DNA from: Kudoa neothunni
Taxonomy: Eukaryota > Animalia > Cnidaria
DNA length: 64,000 bases
NCBI GenBank assembly: GCA_964304625.1
Contig: OZ199839.1
Span: 5,834,311-5,898,310 of the forward strand
Reading direction: 5' to 3'
Shown: piece after piece, positions 43,437 to 57,699 of the stretch
How positions within the stretch are numbered: position 1 is the first letter of the stretch
Layout: each line of letters begins with the position of its first letter
Made by a program: the position numbers and the translations under genes
The notes under the pieces: model-generated
Told to the model about the DNA's origin: nothing
What the model saw: only the letters and a program-made list of their open reading frames with translations
Database searches by the model: none

Positions 43437-45584
43437 TTATGCAAATCTAATCTCGAATAATCTCGCTTTGTTCATGTATTTGACTCCTTTGAAGGGACTG
43501 TAGTCCTAAGGGTTTAAGATAAGTGATAGATAACAGTGGTAAAATAAAGCCACAAAATCTATACCACTTTTGTCACATTTATCTTTGAAACTTTAGTACC
43601 AGTAACCGAAGCTTTAGTGCATTTGAAATCCACCTAAAGATAAAGAAATATATGACTGTATTTATATGATGGCGAGAAAAGTCATTTTGGCATATGGTTC
43701 AGATACTTTTACAACCACCTTTGGTTTTAGTTTGCTGATAGAGGTAGTTTTATCGATTTCAAACTAAATTCCAACAACCAATTGTCAAAAAATAAAAATG
43801 ACGACACTAAAATACATGAGCTTTAAACTTGAGAGGTTTCAACAAGGAATTCTCGTAGGAATAATCACCAACCTAATGCACATAAAATTTAACACTCAAA
43901 TCCATTTAAAACCTTCCAAGTGATGATTTTGTTCGATTTGCTGTATTCATATGTACCAACTAATCAAATTTACAGCCAGATACATAACACGATAAAACAT
44001 ACAAGTGGGGAAAAATGAGTATGACAATGGACGAATATCCGGAAGATAGATTGTGAATTTGAGATCTTTCAACTATTCCAATAGAATAGATAACCAAAAT
44101 AATTTTAGAAACGATGATTACCTTAGTGCCCTTTTTGGGGGATACGTTAGCAGTCAATTCAAAATCACCAGTCTAATAAAATAGGATCGACAAATGATGC
44201 ATAAAATCAACCTAAATGTACTGTATCCAGTTGATTGTTCGCATGCACCACAATAGGCAAGGAGATAGCTCTAGTTGCCAGCAAATTAAATATAAAATAG
44301 AAAGATTCGAGCGAAATACTTTTTATGGTAGAAATACTCCGCAATAACGAATTTTCCATCAGGAGGTGTAAAGCTAACAACCTGTTGAGACTAGACAACA
44401 ATTGCATCAAAATATTAGGGCAACATTTCAGCAATTCTAAGTCAAATACTTTCCATTTTGCCTTATCGACGGCCGAATGAAAGAAAATCTCATCGAATTC
44501 AGAATGATGAGAGTTACTGAATTGAAGTTCAACCACCGGTATACCGGAAAGAAGACAATCAGCCAATATCTACAATTAAAATTGATGGTTATCACGACTG
44601 AGACCAACAAATGAAATTACCTTCCCAAAAACACTCATATTTATAGTTTGACCATCTGTATCGATAAGCAGGTTGAAATATTCGAAAACGTCGATAAAAA
44701 ACTTAACAAACCAACAAACTCATGTGAAAGCATGTATAAACGTGATATATACCTCATTCTCATCGTAGGATATGTTTGGAGAACGGATATTATTCGAATT
44801 TGACAGGTAATGTTTTTCATTGCTTCTAGCTGGTTGATTCTTTGGCGTCGCGATACTCTTGATATTTTTAATTATGTTTTGACTCTTGTCTGCTAGACTA
44901 TACAGCTATTTAAGCGAAATAACTCAATAAAAGTAGACACTTGCTGGATGTGGCCACTTTATCCACATAGGACATAAATGCTCCATGAGATTTGATGGAT
45001 TTTTTAAGTTGATTTGGATTGACTTCTATTGGATAGCCAACCACAGTGAGTGATTCAATCACCTTTCAAGAATTGCGTTAATATTTGATTTGCACACAAA
45101 AAAACTATACCCTATATAGGCACACAATATTGGCCCTAAGGTAGGGGACAGTGATTTTTTTCTCAAAATACAACATTAATGTGTATATAATCTCGTTGAT
45201 TATTGAAACCAACTCAGAAGGGGAGTTTTCTTCGAGGGCGATTGTCAAAAAATACATATCTCCACTTTTCACACTCACAAAAGCATTATTTTCCTCCACA
45301 AAAACTGATGGAATCGAATCACCTTGTTTCAACTACAACAAAACTATAAACCAACTACACAAAACTCACTTCCACCTTCAATATTTTCTCCACAAATGGC
45401 ACATACACTTTTCTATCCATGATACATCGAAAAAATTTCTGATATATCACATCTCTACAATAGCAAATCAATCAAAAAATATTCCGATATAAATAAGTTT
45501 TTATATTATTTCTATCGATTTGATAGTGAACAATTAGCTGAATTATTACCCATTTTCGGCAACTATAAACAATGACTCCAACAT
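43437..45584 (-). CDS. AP3M: Adaptor complex AP-3 mu subunit, multi-exon
   Basis: MLESLFIVAENG|DVIYQKFF; LRANIVCLY; ADCLLSGIP...FDEIFFHSAV; PPDGKF; C-terminus PFKGVKYMNKARLFEIRFA matching the AP3M-type PFKGVKY.TKAG ending. Confidence 0.88.
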
Positions 45585-45967
45585 CTCGATTTATTTGTTG
45601 ATATTAGTGTGCGCGAGAACAATATTTATTTTTAAATATTCTTTTGGTTATTTTATGAGACGTTTTATTAATATTTTTGATAATTGCCCAATTAAATTTT
45701 TACTTAATACTTGTATTATAAATGATTTAAATTAGACAATTTGTCACTGGTTGGATAATATGGAAAAATTAATTTTAATTTCTAACTCCTATGATCATTC
45801 TTTGGTTAGAAATAGTGCATTTCTACTTGAATTTCTCCATGATCTAATTACAAAAATAATCCGAATGGATACGATGCTTTGTTGTAATCAATGATTTATA
45901 ACGACTCATTAACCGAGTTTTATCTTGATTTAATTCTTTAAATTATCTACTTATGTGAATTCATAAC

Positions 45968-45998
<31 letters not shown>
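45968..45998. repeat. (AAT)n microsatellite
   Basis: Read directly. Confidence 0.95.
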
Positions 45999-46422
45999 TA
46001 TGTGTTGAATTTATCGAGAACTTTTAAAATGGCTCACATATTTTATAGTTCATGAATAAATTTATTATCTTTCTGATTTCGTAGTTAAGCTGTTTTTAGT
46101 GTGAATAAGCTAAAGAATAACTTGAATAAATGTCTACTAAATAATAATTAAATGCTCTACAAGAGACACAAATGGGCTGGATATCGATTTTGAAGATAGA
46201 ATATTTCATTTATTTTAGAGAGTCACTATTCGTACTGGAAATAATGGTCTGTCGTCACCAGTGTTGACTATGTTAAATTATTTTATGGTCCTTAAGAACG
46301 AAACGGCGAGTCAGAAATAATTAAATGTTGCAGATTCTAAATGATTACATTGTATACGGCTTGTGAGCACGAGTTGCTAAGGTTATGATTTATTGTGCCC
46401 CGATAGCCTCTGTTCTTTTTAA

Positions 46423-47270
46423 CCCTCCGATGATTTTGGGGTAGAGTCTACCCCGTAGCGATTTTAAAATTCATATATCTCCTTATGTTGGAAATGTTGT
46501 CGTTTAAGATTTTATGTACTCCAGTAACATATATTTCTTCTTAATTCGAGACTTAAATATTTTTTAATTATTTTGTATTAATAAATTTATTGCATGTTTA
46601 TCTTCCAAAGCTAAAGTCCTTTGGAATGGAAATTACCCCACCGATTTTTTTACGTTTAAATTAAAAAACTCTGTAATTCGTATATATAATGTTTTTATAA
46701 GCACAATTTAATTAAATTTACATATCTCACGCTAGGTAATTGTGGTTTAATCTGTTCCATTATTAATTCATTATAATCTGTATGTCGTAATGTTATAGTA
46801 TGGTTAGACTCATCCAAGTAATTAAATATAGCTTTCAGCGCAAAAACATTAGTTTTAGGGAATATTTATATTGTAAAATCTAAAAAACTGTTTGAAGGAT
46901 ATATCGGACAATGGAATTTATAGCATTTATGGCATCATCTTGTAGGATTTTATCATTTTTCGAGGACAAAACTCACATAATGCACTTTTAATGTTTACAG
47001 GCGGTTCCAAATGGGAAATGTTTGCTTCGTTGAAATGCTTTTTTGCCGGTATATTGGTAGAATATTTGGCCAACAACAATTAAAACAGTTAATAAAGTTA
47101 CTCTGCGATCTCCTCTTCCTCTCGGAAGTTCGTCCATTATACGATTTACCAAATATTTCTTCATACAGTGCAAAAACATTTCCCAATCACAAATCAACTA
47201 TGCTATGAATACGACTATGGGTCATCTCCTTGTAAGTCGACATACAAAAAAATATTCTATTAAATATATA
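46423..47270 (-). mobile_element. piggyBac 3' remnant
   Basis: End TTAA|CCCTCCGATGATTTTGGGGTAGAGTCTACCCC. Minus-strand SIVDL.LGNVFALY and Cys-rich CHKCYKFHCP resemble the piggyBac C-terminus. Confidence 0.6.
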
Positions 47271-47760
47271 TCCATATTATAATAACTTCCTTTTTATTTT
47301 CATACAACAGAAAAAAAGTAAACAATCACAACTGTTTGATATAAAAACAGTGATATCTATTTTTATAATAAAATATTTTTGCTTGTTTTTTGCCCATCTT
47401 TGCTCAAAATAATATGATAGAATTGACAGAATCAAAATGGAACCAATTAGAGAACTTTTTAGCACGCGCTAACTCTCTTAATAAGTTCAACGTTCCTTGT
47501 AATTTATTATAAAAATTGCACTACTTATGAACAGTGATATTCAAAAACCAATACAGATATGAATGCTTTAAGAAAATTACAACCTAATTAACGCATAGAT
47601 CGCTAATTTAGGGGTAAATGTAAACTAATTTATTTTCAGTAGAAAAATTATTTGGTAATAGTTAATTTATTATTGTATGTACTTATGAAATTTAAATCTT
47701 GAAACGGACGTTATATTAGTAAATATTCACATCTGATTCAATAGCCAGTGTCTTTTTTAA

Positions 47761-47836
47761 CCTTCCAAACGCCTGATAACCGACTTTACATATTCCTTCT
47801 TTTGGGGTCGTATGGACTCCAATGACGCTCGGAAGG
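47761..47836. mobile_element. 76-bp minimal piggyBac-type element
   Basis: TTAA|CCTTCCAAACGCC ... GACGCTCGGAAGG|TTAA; TIR match 10/13, all mismatches are transitions. Confidence 0.65.
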
Positions 47837-48889
47837 TTAACAGTGACCGGAAAACTTAGAAATAATAGACAATTTAATATTTTCTTTAAGTTATTAGTTT
47901 ACTTATATATTTATTTACCCATTGAATACAACACATAATATGTTACATGGAAATAAATTGGAAAAACCCGACGTTTTAATTTTATATTTCCTACTGATGA
48001 TTAATTATAGTTAAAACAGGATACAAACCATTAAAAATAATTTAAATTTAATCGAAAATTAAATTTTATTAATAATAATCTTTGGTCAGTTATTTTTTTA
48101 AATTAATATTTCCTATGTACATAAATGTAAATTTTTTTGATTCGATTTACTTTTCAATTAGAAAAGTAATGATATTGATAATTAAAAAAATATTATTATA
48201 ATGTATAAAAATGTGAATAATAAAAGTTGATTATTTATTTTTGAATTTTATCCAAAATAAAATGAAAACTCAATATATATATATATATATTAAACGATTA
48301 AAAAATAAAGCTTATTTTAATAGAGTTAAATAATTTGTGTTTTTCTCTACTCCCATTTAATTAATTGTAAATACTCATATCGTGCACAGAAAATATTGTT
48401 ACTCCCAAACAATGAACAATGTTTAAATAATTCCGTGGATTGAATAAGTTTTTCATATATAAAAATTGTTAAGTTTTTGATTCAGCTTTGACAACATATA
48501 TCTCAAGCTATATGCGTAATATATTAATTTTGATTTATTTGAAATTCCTTCCAATAAATGCAATATAAATTAACCCTATTATAATCTATTAATTCATATA
48601 ATGTATAATTAGAAATTTTTTTGTGATATCCCCATTAAAGTCTGTACAACATAAAATTTAAATCTTAAAGTTTATTATAAAGAAAAACGTTAATCCAATG
48701 ATTTTTTTATCCACATATTTTTATTCTAATACATAAGAATGATTTTATTCAATCCGTAACATATTTGAATAAAAAACATAATTAACTGCAACTTAGAGAA
48801 ATAGAGATTTATAAATTCCATTAAATAATTAATTATAGTAATAAAGGTCTCATACAATAAAAATTATATGGAGTGTAACAAATATAAAT

Positions 48890-51565
48890 ATTATTCATAA
48901 CAGTAATAGTATTCAATATCTGGAAAGAATCTAAAATAAATATATTTATAAAAAATCTATCAACTCTTAATTTAAATAATAATTATTACTTTTGTACGCA
49001 GTACTCGCATATGACACAGGTGTTGTTTAGTTACATTGTCAGATTAAATCAAATCTCCCTCTCCCTATCAAAGTAAAATTAATTTGTCACCCAATATGGA
49101 AATCATGCAAATAAAGTAATAGTATTTTCAATAAATCAAAAAAAATCATATCAATTTTGAAGTTACCTGAGATAACGTGTACTCGATGTTCTGGTCATCA
49201 TCCTGATCCATATAACAAAAATAATCACCCAAACAAATAAAATTGCTAATATTATTCCAGTTCCTAGCGGTGTTCCCTTTGCTGTAGTTGTTAATGGGTG
49301 GGCAAGCAATGTGGAAATAGTTTCTGTTTCTGAGCTTTCACTTTTATATTAAACTCGTTATATTGTTTTAATCAACTAAGAATTTATACATCAACGATGT
49401 TAATCTGGTTTCTATTTCTTCCTCTTTTAAAACAAATCCTACTCTTGGGTCAGCAAATATATATTTTTTGAATGAAAGATCAGGCATATTTCTATAAAAT
49501 ATATTTTATTTAGAATAAATCAAAATAACATTGTGTACTTTTTCTTCACTATCACCCTCTTACCAGTGAATCCTATGACATCTTTTAGTAAATATCTCAA
49601 ATAGACTGCACGGATACAGTTAAATTTGGGGTTTTCCATCTTAAATATAACATGATAATATTTTAGTTAATACGAACGGTTACTCTATATTGTTCAGAAT
49701 CTTCGATACAAATTTTATTTTGAATTTTTTCTAATTCATCATAGATATCGTCAAACTCATTTGATTTGATCCAAGGGGTGTACAGCTTATATAATCGATT
49801 AAGTGAGATGTATATTTAATTGAATGGTGAAATCAACCCTATTAGACTATTATATACCGTCAGCTCATCTTTTCCTTCTATCAACAACGGAATGTTCAAA
49901 TCTGCAAAATTTGACTTTATTTGTGGATCATAATCAAGATTTTTTATGTTTATAATTTTTGTGATCAATTTAATACATTGTTTTTCTTCAAATGCACCAA
50001 TAAACTTTATCTCAGTTTGAACTTTTTCTTTAAAGCATCGACTGTCCTGATTAGCTCGATCTAAATATTTCCAAGTATTTTCTGCCATGCAAGGATGAGG
50101 AATGTTGTCGTTCAATTCTGAATCCTACGTATTATTGATTGTTGTTAATATTGATAATTGAAAATAAAATTATTTTGGTACCAGAATAAGTTGTACCAAT
50201 GCAAGATGCTCAATTTTCCACGGAGAAGCACACAAAAAGTTGTTTGCAGCCACGTGAAAATTTTTTGGTCCATAGCTGACACTGTATTTGATTTGGGGAG
50301 GGTATAGTACATGGTTCACAGTAGTATATCCCATAAATAAAATATCTTCGCGCAATATCACCGTTAGATGTGGCTTTATTTTCTAAACACTATAAAAAAA
50401 ATAAAATAAATAATATACTTCATTCTCAATGTCAATGTTAGTGAGACCAAAAATTAAAAAATCCCTCGTTCTGTCATCATACAATACTTGTGATAACACA
50501 TTTTCAACTCTTAGATATTTTTCAACCGTCTCCCAATCCTTCAATATTTTTTTCTCGAGCTCTGTTTTATCTGAACTAACAAATGAAATGTTTAATATAA
50601 TCAAATAAATTGTAAAATAAGTTTAAATTAATATACGTTTCTTTGAATCTATCAGCGTAAAACACTTTGAGAAATATGTCTTGTTTCGGAACACTTTTCC
50701 ATGCGGGATGCTTTTCATACACGTTTTTTTCACATTCTTCCATATCTCCAACTAGAGCGGTTAAATTTCCAAAAAATATAAATACATCAAAACTCAAACA
50801 TTAAACAATAATAACTTATTAAATATGGCAAGATTATACAGTAGGCTACCACTAATTCATAATTCTTGTAAGATTTAACAAATACAAATAAGACAGCACT
50901 TAGCTCAAATTCAATCTTTTTAGGAATACATGCGGAATAAAATAAAATATTAAGATAATGTTTTCTAATGTTTACGAGAAAACAAAGTCAATCATTTTTA
51001 TGAGTATCATTGTTATTTATCGTCCATTAGACTTCGTATAACAAAATGGAAACTTCACTTGTTCTACAGTAACCGTAAGTTTTAAAACAGCACATTTAAT
51101 TTTTGCGACGCATTTAAAACATCATGTGCGGTAAATGTTTGTCCGCTTTTCTTTAGCGTCTTCATTTCTTCGTTGGCTTCATCATGAACAGCCTCAATAG
51201 AAATAGTTGCATCATTCTTACTAACAGGTACGAGTGTTTTTCTCATTATAATTATCTTTGGTAGAATATTAATTTGAATCATTAATAATTGTATCTGCAT
51301 AATTTAATGGCGATTAATTTTGAGATTATTTTATGATTATCATTACTTCTTAAATATCTACTCTTATGTAACCTAGCGCCATATCTGCATTGATCATATA
51401 ACGTCTTGATCAATTATTGCGATATATTAATACAAAGAATCAAATAATTAAATAATTTCCAGATTTAAAAGCTATAATACTTACGTGGTATTTTTTTTAT
51501 AAGTAAATTCGATAAATTGACGTTTTGATGACTATTACCTTTATCTATGGACAGATTTATTTTCA
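48890..51565 (-). CDS. Divergent GDA1/CD39-like gene, copy 4: many short introns, C-terminal TM; both ends approximate
   Basis: Exons in CD39 order: EECEKNVY...IFLKVFYADRF (ACR2 position); QVLYDDRTRDFLIFGLTN (ACR3); DILFMGYTTVN (ACR4); FHVAANNFLCAS (YTHSFLCYG); IPHPCMAEN...CFKE...KFIGAFEEKQCIKLI; NCIRAVYLRYLLKDVIGF; ADPRVGFVL (ACR5 AGWTLGYML); TM GIILAIFICLG. Confidence 0.72.
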
Positions 51566-52099
51566 TAGTTTTTGTTTTAAACAAATTATTTTATTTAATT
51601 TGGTTTGGTTTGCAAGCTGACCAATTGAGTAAAAATATAACACAAAATTATCATGTATTAAATAAAGATAGGTGAGAATACAGTTAGAAACTAAAAAATT
51701 TGTATAAAATAATTTTTACTTTTATTTTATAAAAGAAAATCTTCGGGTCCATTGGATCCCAAGAACGACTTGACGTTACGTGACGTGGTGTAATTGTTAT
51801 TTAAAGCGGGGAAATAAAATTTCCCATGATTTTGGAAAAAAGATTATGGAAATATATCACAATTTTGAGGAATAATATTGGTGATTAACCTAGTTAGAAT
51901 TACAGATAAACTATAGATAGTTCAGACATTTGCGTTGGGGTCCAATGGACTCCACACAGGCTTGGAAGATCAAACCTATAAATAGTCATACGTTACATTT
52001 TTAAATAACCAATTGCAAAATTATCCGATTTTGAAACCTTTAAAAATGATTTCAAAGACAACTAATTCTATATTTTTTGATCGAATCCAATTAAATCAT

Positions 52100-52800
52100 G
52101 TGTGATCACGCTGATGATCGCCTTCGTCGTTCCTTTTTCTTATTGACCTTGTACTCATAGAAAGCATAGTCTTCTCATAAGCTTCCACGATTTTGTGGTG
52201 TTTATCCAGAATTTCATTTTAAGGTAGAAATATTATATGGCACCAATTTATATTGTTTATGAGGCAGTTTATCATAAAATTTGATTATTTTTTTAGTGAA
52301 TAATTCAATGTTTATCCATTTATGTAATTTTGTACAAATTTAGTGACATTACTAATTACAAGTAAATGCATGAATTAGACACTAAAAAATCAATAATTAA
52401 TATATTATTGCGAGATATTATTAAGTATTATATTGTAATTTAGCCTCGGAATATGCGGAAAATAGATTAGTTACGAATTATCGGTAACCCAACGTATATT
52501 GTAACCAGAATTTTAGTTCAATAACTACGATATTGAAATGATTACCTTCACATCTTGAAATATATATTGATAATAAAACCTGTTTATTCGTTTTCTGGTA
52601 AAATTTTGTTAAGTCATAGATGACTATGTCGATGTTTTCCCTGTATCTGACCATGATCATTCCGTACTAAATTAAGATGAATGCTAAATCATTTATTTTG
52701 AATGTATACTATTGTTTCAAATTGACCTCTTATTACCAAAGGTATTATTGTTGAAATAGCCAACGATACATACAAAACATTTTGCAGCGACCTAAATGTA
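52100..52800 (-). pseudogene. 5' fragment of a further CD39-like paralogue (copy 5)
   Basis: Hydrophobic exon NVLYVSLAISTIIPLVIRG, then after an AG acceptor YGMIMVRYRENIDIVIYDL...SRCEG, aligning without gaps to CD39 YGIVLDAGSSHTSLYIYKW. Confidence 0.45.
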
Positions 52801-55278
52801 CAAGTTATATTAAGCTTGAATTCAATAATTCGCAAAATTACATTATTACAATAGGTTATGCGTTAAGACAATTTTAATCTAGTAATAGTAATTACTAGAA
52901 TAATCATATAATTCAATTAGTTGGCACCTAATAAAGTTGAAGATTTTTTAACTACTAGACTAGCCGAATTCATTTGTAATCACCGAATTAATTATTTAAA
53001 ATTATTCTACAATAATTAATATTATTTAATAAGGTTTTTTCTCACATCAAATTGTGTATTATACGATTTCATGTATGTAAATATTCAACTATTAAAATCA
53101 GGTTTTGATTGGAAATATTCAAGAAATTTTTTATTTATAGCCAAATAAAAATCTTTATTGTTTTTATTAGTCATTCCATAATCGCATTATACATTTTACT
53201 TAATTTTAAAAAATTGTTTGTTGGAAAAATGAATTTTTGTTTATATAAGCATTTAATATATTGAATTTTGTAAAGAAATTTATTTAAGTTCCTCAAATTA
53301 ATCGAATAAAAATGTTTCTGTTATTTAAAACTTTCACAATAATTCGCATGATTAACATCCCCTAAATTCGATAATAACATATATTTTAAAATAATATATC
53401 ATAATGAATTTCGATCTCCCAAAATTAACATATTTTGAATTGATATATTTTTTATGTTATATCTATGGCATATTATAACACTCTGAATGTTAGATCTGAT
53501 GGCATCGCAAGATTATCTTAATCGACTTTGTATTATTATCTATATTAATGTAATCAACACATAGTGGTAATAGTTCTATACTGTATGTTAACTCCTAAGA
53601 GAAATTGTTACATAACAAAACGTACACTAAAGTAAGATGAGTCAATGTAACTGTGATATGATAATTTACAAAAATTTTTTAATCAAAGAAGAATTAATAT
53701 CCCTGACTTATTTGTATCATTAATGTTACCTGAAAAAGACAAAAAATTCCTTTAAGTAAAATTTAACGAGGCTATAAGAAAGATTTCCAATCGAAACCAC
53801 TTCATATTTGCTTGGTGTTTTTCATTGGCTGTATCATAAATATGTAGTGGTAGACCTTTTAAAGTCAATCTTGATTAAGTCTAGAAAAATAACTATTTCA
53901 GATGGTTTGAAAAATAATAATTTAACATGAATAAATATAATCAACTTAACAAATTAACGACTAATTTTTATAGATCGCTTCCTGAAAACAATATAATAAG
54001 AATAAAAATATTTATATCGATTAAAAATGTTATAAAGCTCAAAAATTATTCATGAGCCAATATCATTAAATTACAGGAATGAATGAAAATTAAATAAGAA
54101 CCCTATTCTAATATACCATAGCAACTTAAAAATTTGCTTTGTTTTCGTATTCACCATGACGGGTCGTGGGTATTCTGGACCCAATTCCAATTTTACTGCT
54201 CACAACCCTCACCTACTGATTCATAAATATGTATAAAAATGAAGAACATTATTTAAAATAGCATTATTCCGAATTTTTGACTAAGCATTCTATTGTTATA
54301 ATTCATTAAATAATCTTAATCTTTTTTTTTTAAATAGATAAATGTAACTATCAAATTTTTAAATGATTTTAAAAAAAATACCCAAAATAGGCCGTCAGAT
54401 TTTCGTGCAATTTTTTCTCTTAATCATTAGAAATATAAATGAACATTGATACGAAAAGCTTAGAATTTAAAAATATTTTGCATAGAACGTTAGATCAAAA
54501 ATAACAGAATTATAATTTTAAATATCTTTATAATAACGGAAACATTCGTTACTATGGGAACAGCTAGTCCAGACCAGTGATTAAATAAATTCATGTAGTG
54601 TAGAGATACTCAACAAGGGGTAGATTTTAAATGAAAAGGGGTATATTAATCGACAACAAACTTTGATAGACGCAATTTTTGCATAAGGGGTTAATGATTG
54701 TTCGCGGGAGGGGTTCAAACAAGCGAGCCATAGCTTAGAAAGCGGTGGTGCCGTATCGCTCTTATGCCGATGACACATAAATAAGCTTTCGTCACATCCC
54801 TTATATAACCAACCATTACGAAGGGTTTGTGACGTATGTATAGATTTCTAAAGAATTATATTATTCAAGGCTGTTAAACTCAATAGAATGTTGGCAGATA
54901 TGCTTGATTTCTATTTAAGAATAATATTTAACAATTATTTATAAAACTATAATCGGTCTCATTCTTATATGACTCGTTTATTTTTTAGTGATGTAACCTA
55001 ATAATAATAATAATAATAATAAAGTGGCTATTTGCATGGTAAATAATATTTAGATTTCATTAATTTTGACTATTTTTAAATATACCTGGCCTTTGAGAGC
55101 AAAGAGGTTATTGGGATAGAAATAATTTAGTTTAGTAAAATCTAAGAAATTAAATCTGTAGAAAGCTTGTGAGTAAGAGATGGTGATATTAAAAATTGTC
55201 ATTGTGCAAGCGTACATGTATTTCTAATTTATCCCTCAAATAGCCTCCGCCATAATTAAACCATTATAATACATTTGG

Positions 55279-56467
55279 CAGTGGTTCTTAAGCTTTTTTC
55301 CTTGTTGACTCCTAAGGTGTTTAATGAACATATCATGTACCCCTTCATGTTTTAATGCATAAACCTATCATACATATAAATATTTTACCGTATCGTCCCT
55401 ATTGTTCATTTTAATGGACGGATCAAAAACGGTTTTAAATTATTGATTTTTAAAAAAATAAAATTTTAATTGTATATATTTTAATAACAGTTAAATTTAA
55501 AAAAATACTCGATTAAAGGAAAAATTTGGAAACGGAAGGGTTTTTTAAATATCTTATCTAATATCTATAATATTATTGAAATATTTTTTATGTTAATTAA
55601 TTATGTATTGGTTTTGTTTAAATACGTAATAAAATTTTTAAACACTAGATAAACGAATTATTTTTGGTTTTAAAAAGTAAAATTAACATTTATAAAATCC
55701 TTGCCTTCCCTGTAATTTTTTTTAGAATTTATTACAATCCTAACCAAGTATAGACAATGACGCATAATATTTTAAAATAAAAAATTTAATGAATTATTAT
55801 ATATACATGTGTTAAGGTTTAAAAGTGAAGTCCATAAAAAATTCCTAAACGTAAAATGATCTTTTAATAATCGAAATACTTTTGTTATTTAAAATCTGCA
55901 TTTTTGTTAATTATTGCATTTATTAAAATAAGGAGTAACCAAAGGAGAGATTATTATATAATAGAATGCAAGATTAATGCACACTCCCTATTTTTATATA
56001 AATAATAGACATTAACAGAAAAATTATTAATATTTTTGTGGTTTCTTCTTATCAATAATTTCACTAAATTCTGACAAAAAATTTGAAAGATTAACATGTA
56101 TAAAAACGATTTCGTGACTTTTTATGCTAACCAGCATGGAAGTCTAATTTCGCTATAATAGGCTGTTGTAGAAGGAGTAATGATTCTAATTTCATAGTAT
56201 ACAACAGTAAGAAGTATTTTTTGGAAATTTTTTTGTTTTTGTAGATTTCTTTACAAAAAAAATTATAACTCAATGAAATTTTGTAATTAATATAAGATAT
56301 TTATGATACAATAATGCAACATTATATTTGAAATTTTTAATAATTTCGACAATATTAGTATATACCTTACTATAATGAATGTATGATTATAAAATTGGAT
56401 TCAGATTTAATTGAAATCACTCACGGATACCCATGGGGGTCCGAAAACCTCAGGTTAAGAACCCCTG
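55279..56467. mobile_element. Non-autonomous hAT-Charlie-type element
   Basis: TIRs CAGTGGTTCTTAAGCT and AGGTTAAGAACCCCTG (14/16). Subterminal GGGGGTCCG as in the 32007-34539 element. Decayed 8-bp flanks ACATTTGG and TCATATAG. Confidence 0.8.
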
Positions 56468-56481
56468 TCATATAGTGGATA

Positions 56482-57085
56482 CAGTCAACAACGGTTATTG
56501 CGTAGGTAGATATTTCGCACTCTTCGTTGTGTGTTATTATTTTATCGTTTGATGAAGTGCAGTTCTATCTTATAAGTATTTTAAGCTATTAAGGAAACAT
56601 TTGGAATTATTTATTTAAGAAAAAGATTTTTACAAATGCTAAAAAATGGATATTGTGCACTAATTTTAGTCTTCATTAAATTTAACAATATCTCCACATC
56701 AACGTGTATAATTATTATTTGGTGATTTTAATGTTAAAGGAATTGAAAGAAATTAAACGTTGACGTCAACGTTTTTCTATTATTAATAAAAAAATTTTTT
56801 TAATTTGTTATATAACAAAAATATATTTATTATATTTATTGTTATTGACGTAACTACGACAAATGGATAAGATTTAAATATTTTATATAGAAAACTGCGA
56901 GTTTAATTACTAAATACAAATTGACTTCTTTGATGTATATATCTCTGAGAGTCTAATATCATTGGTCGAATTGATGATTAATAAAATATATGTGATCCGA
57001 TAGAATCTTGGAAGAATCTAACTAACAACGATCAGTAATAATAATATAATTAAATTTTACTTTCTTTCGATTTAATGAATCAGTT
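56482..57085 (+). mobile_element. Non-coding Tigger-like element, copy B
   Basis: TA|CAGTCAACAACGGTTATTGCGTAGG; homologous to 25810-26828. Confidence 0.8.
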
Positions 57086-57699
57086 AAAATCAATTTTTAT
57101 TAATTAATAATATACTAAAGTGTTTATCCTCTAAAATTTGCAAGATGCGTATATAAAGTTGCGAATGGATTAACAATTTCGTTAAACCATACAGAAAATA
57201 TCAAAATGATGTGATAAAAAAATAACTTACGTGTATAACATTTTTTTAAATTAATCATACTTGACATTAATTTGGAAACACTACTAAGTTTTGATTTTAT
57301 TTCCTGAAATCCATAATATTTTATTTTTATGTAACTACTAATATAAAATTGCTTTAAAATAATGAGACTATCATCATTGAATTAAATTATAAACAATTAT
57401 GGGAAAAATTACAATAAGACATTAATCTATTAGCATGTTTCGTGATCATTACGATAAAAATAATTAATTTAGAAAATGTTAAATATATCTGTTTAACCTT
57501 TTTTGATTAAATATATTATGAATGTTATATTTTTTACTATAAATAAAGTATAGATTAATACCATTATAATGTGGAAACAACTGTTTAAAAAATCAGATGG
57601 TAGATATCTTCCAATATTAATTACATATATTTTAAGTTTAGTTATTGAAAATCGCTAAAAAATTCTATAAACTAAGCATCATTGTTGATTGTTGAAAAT

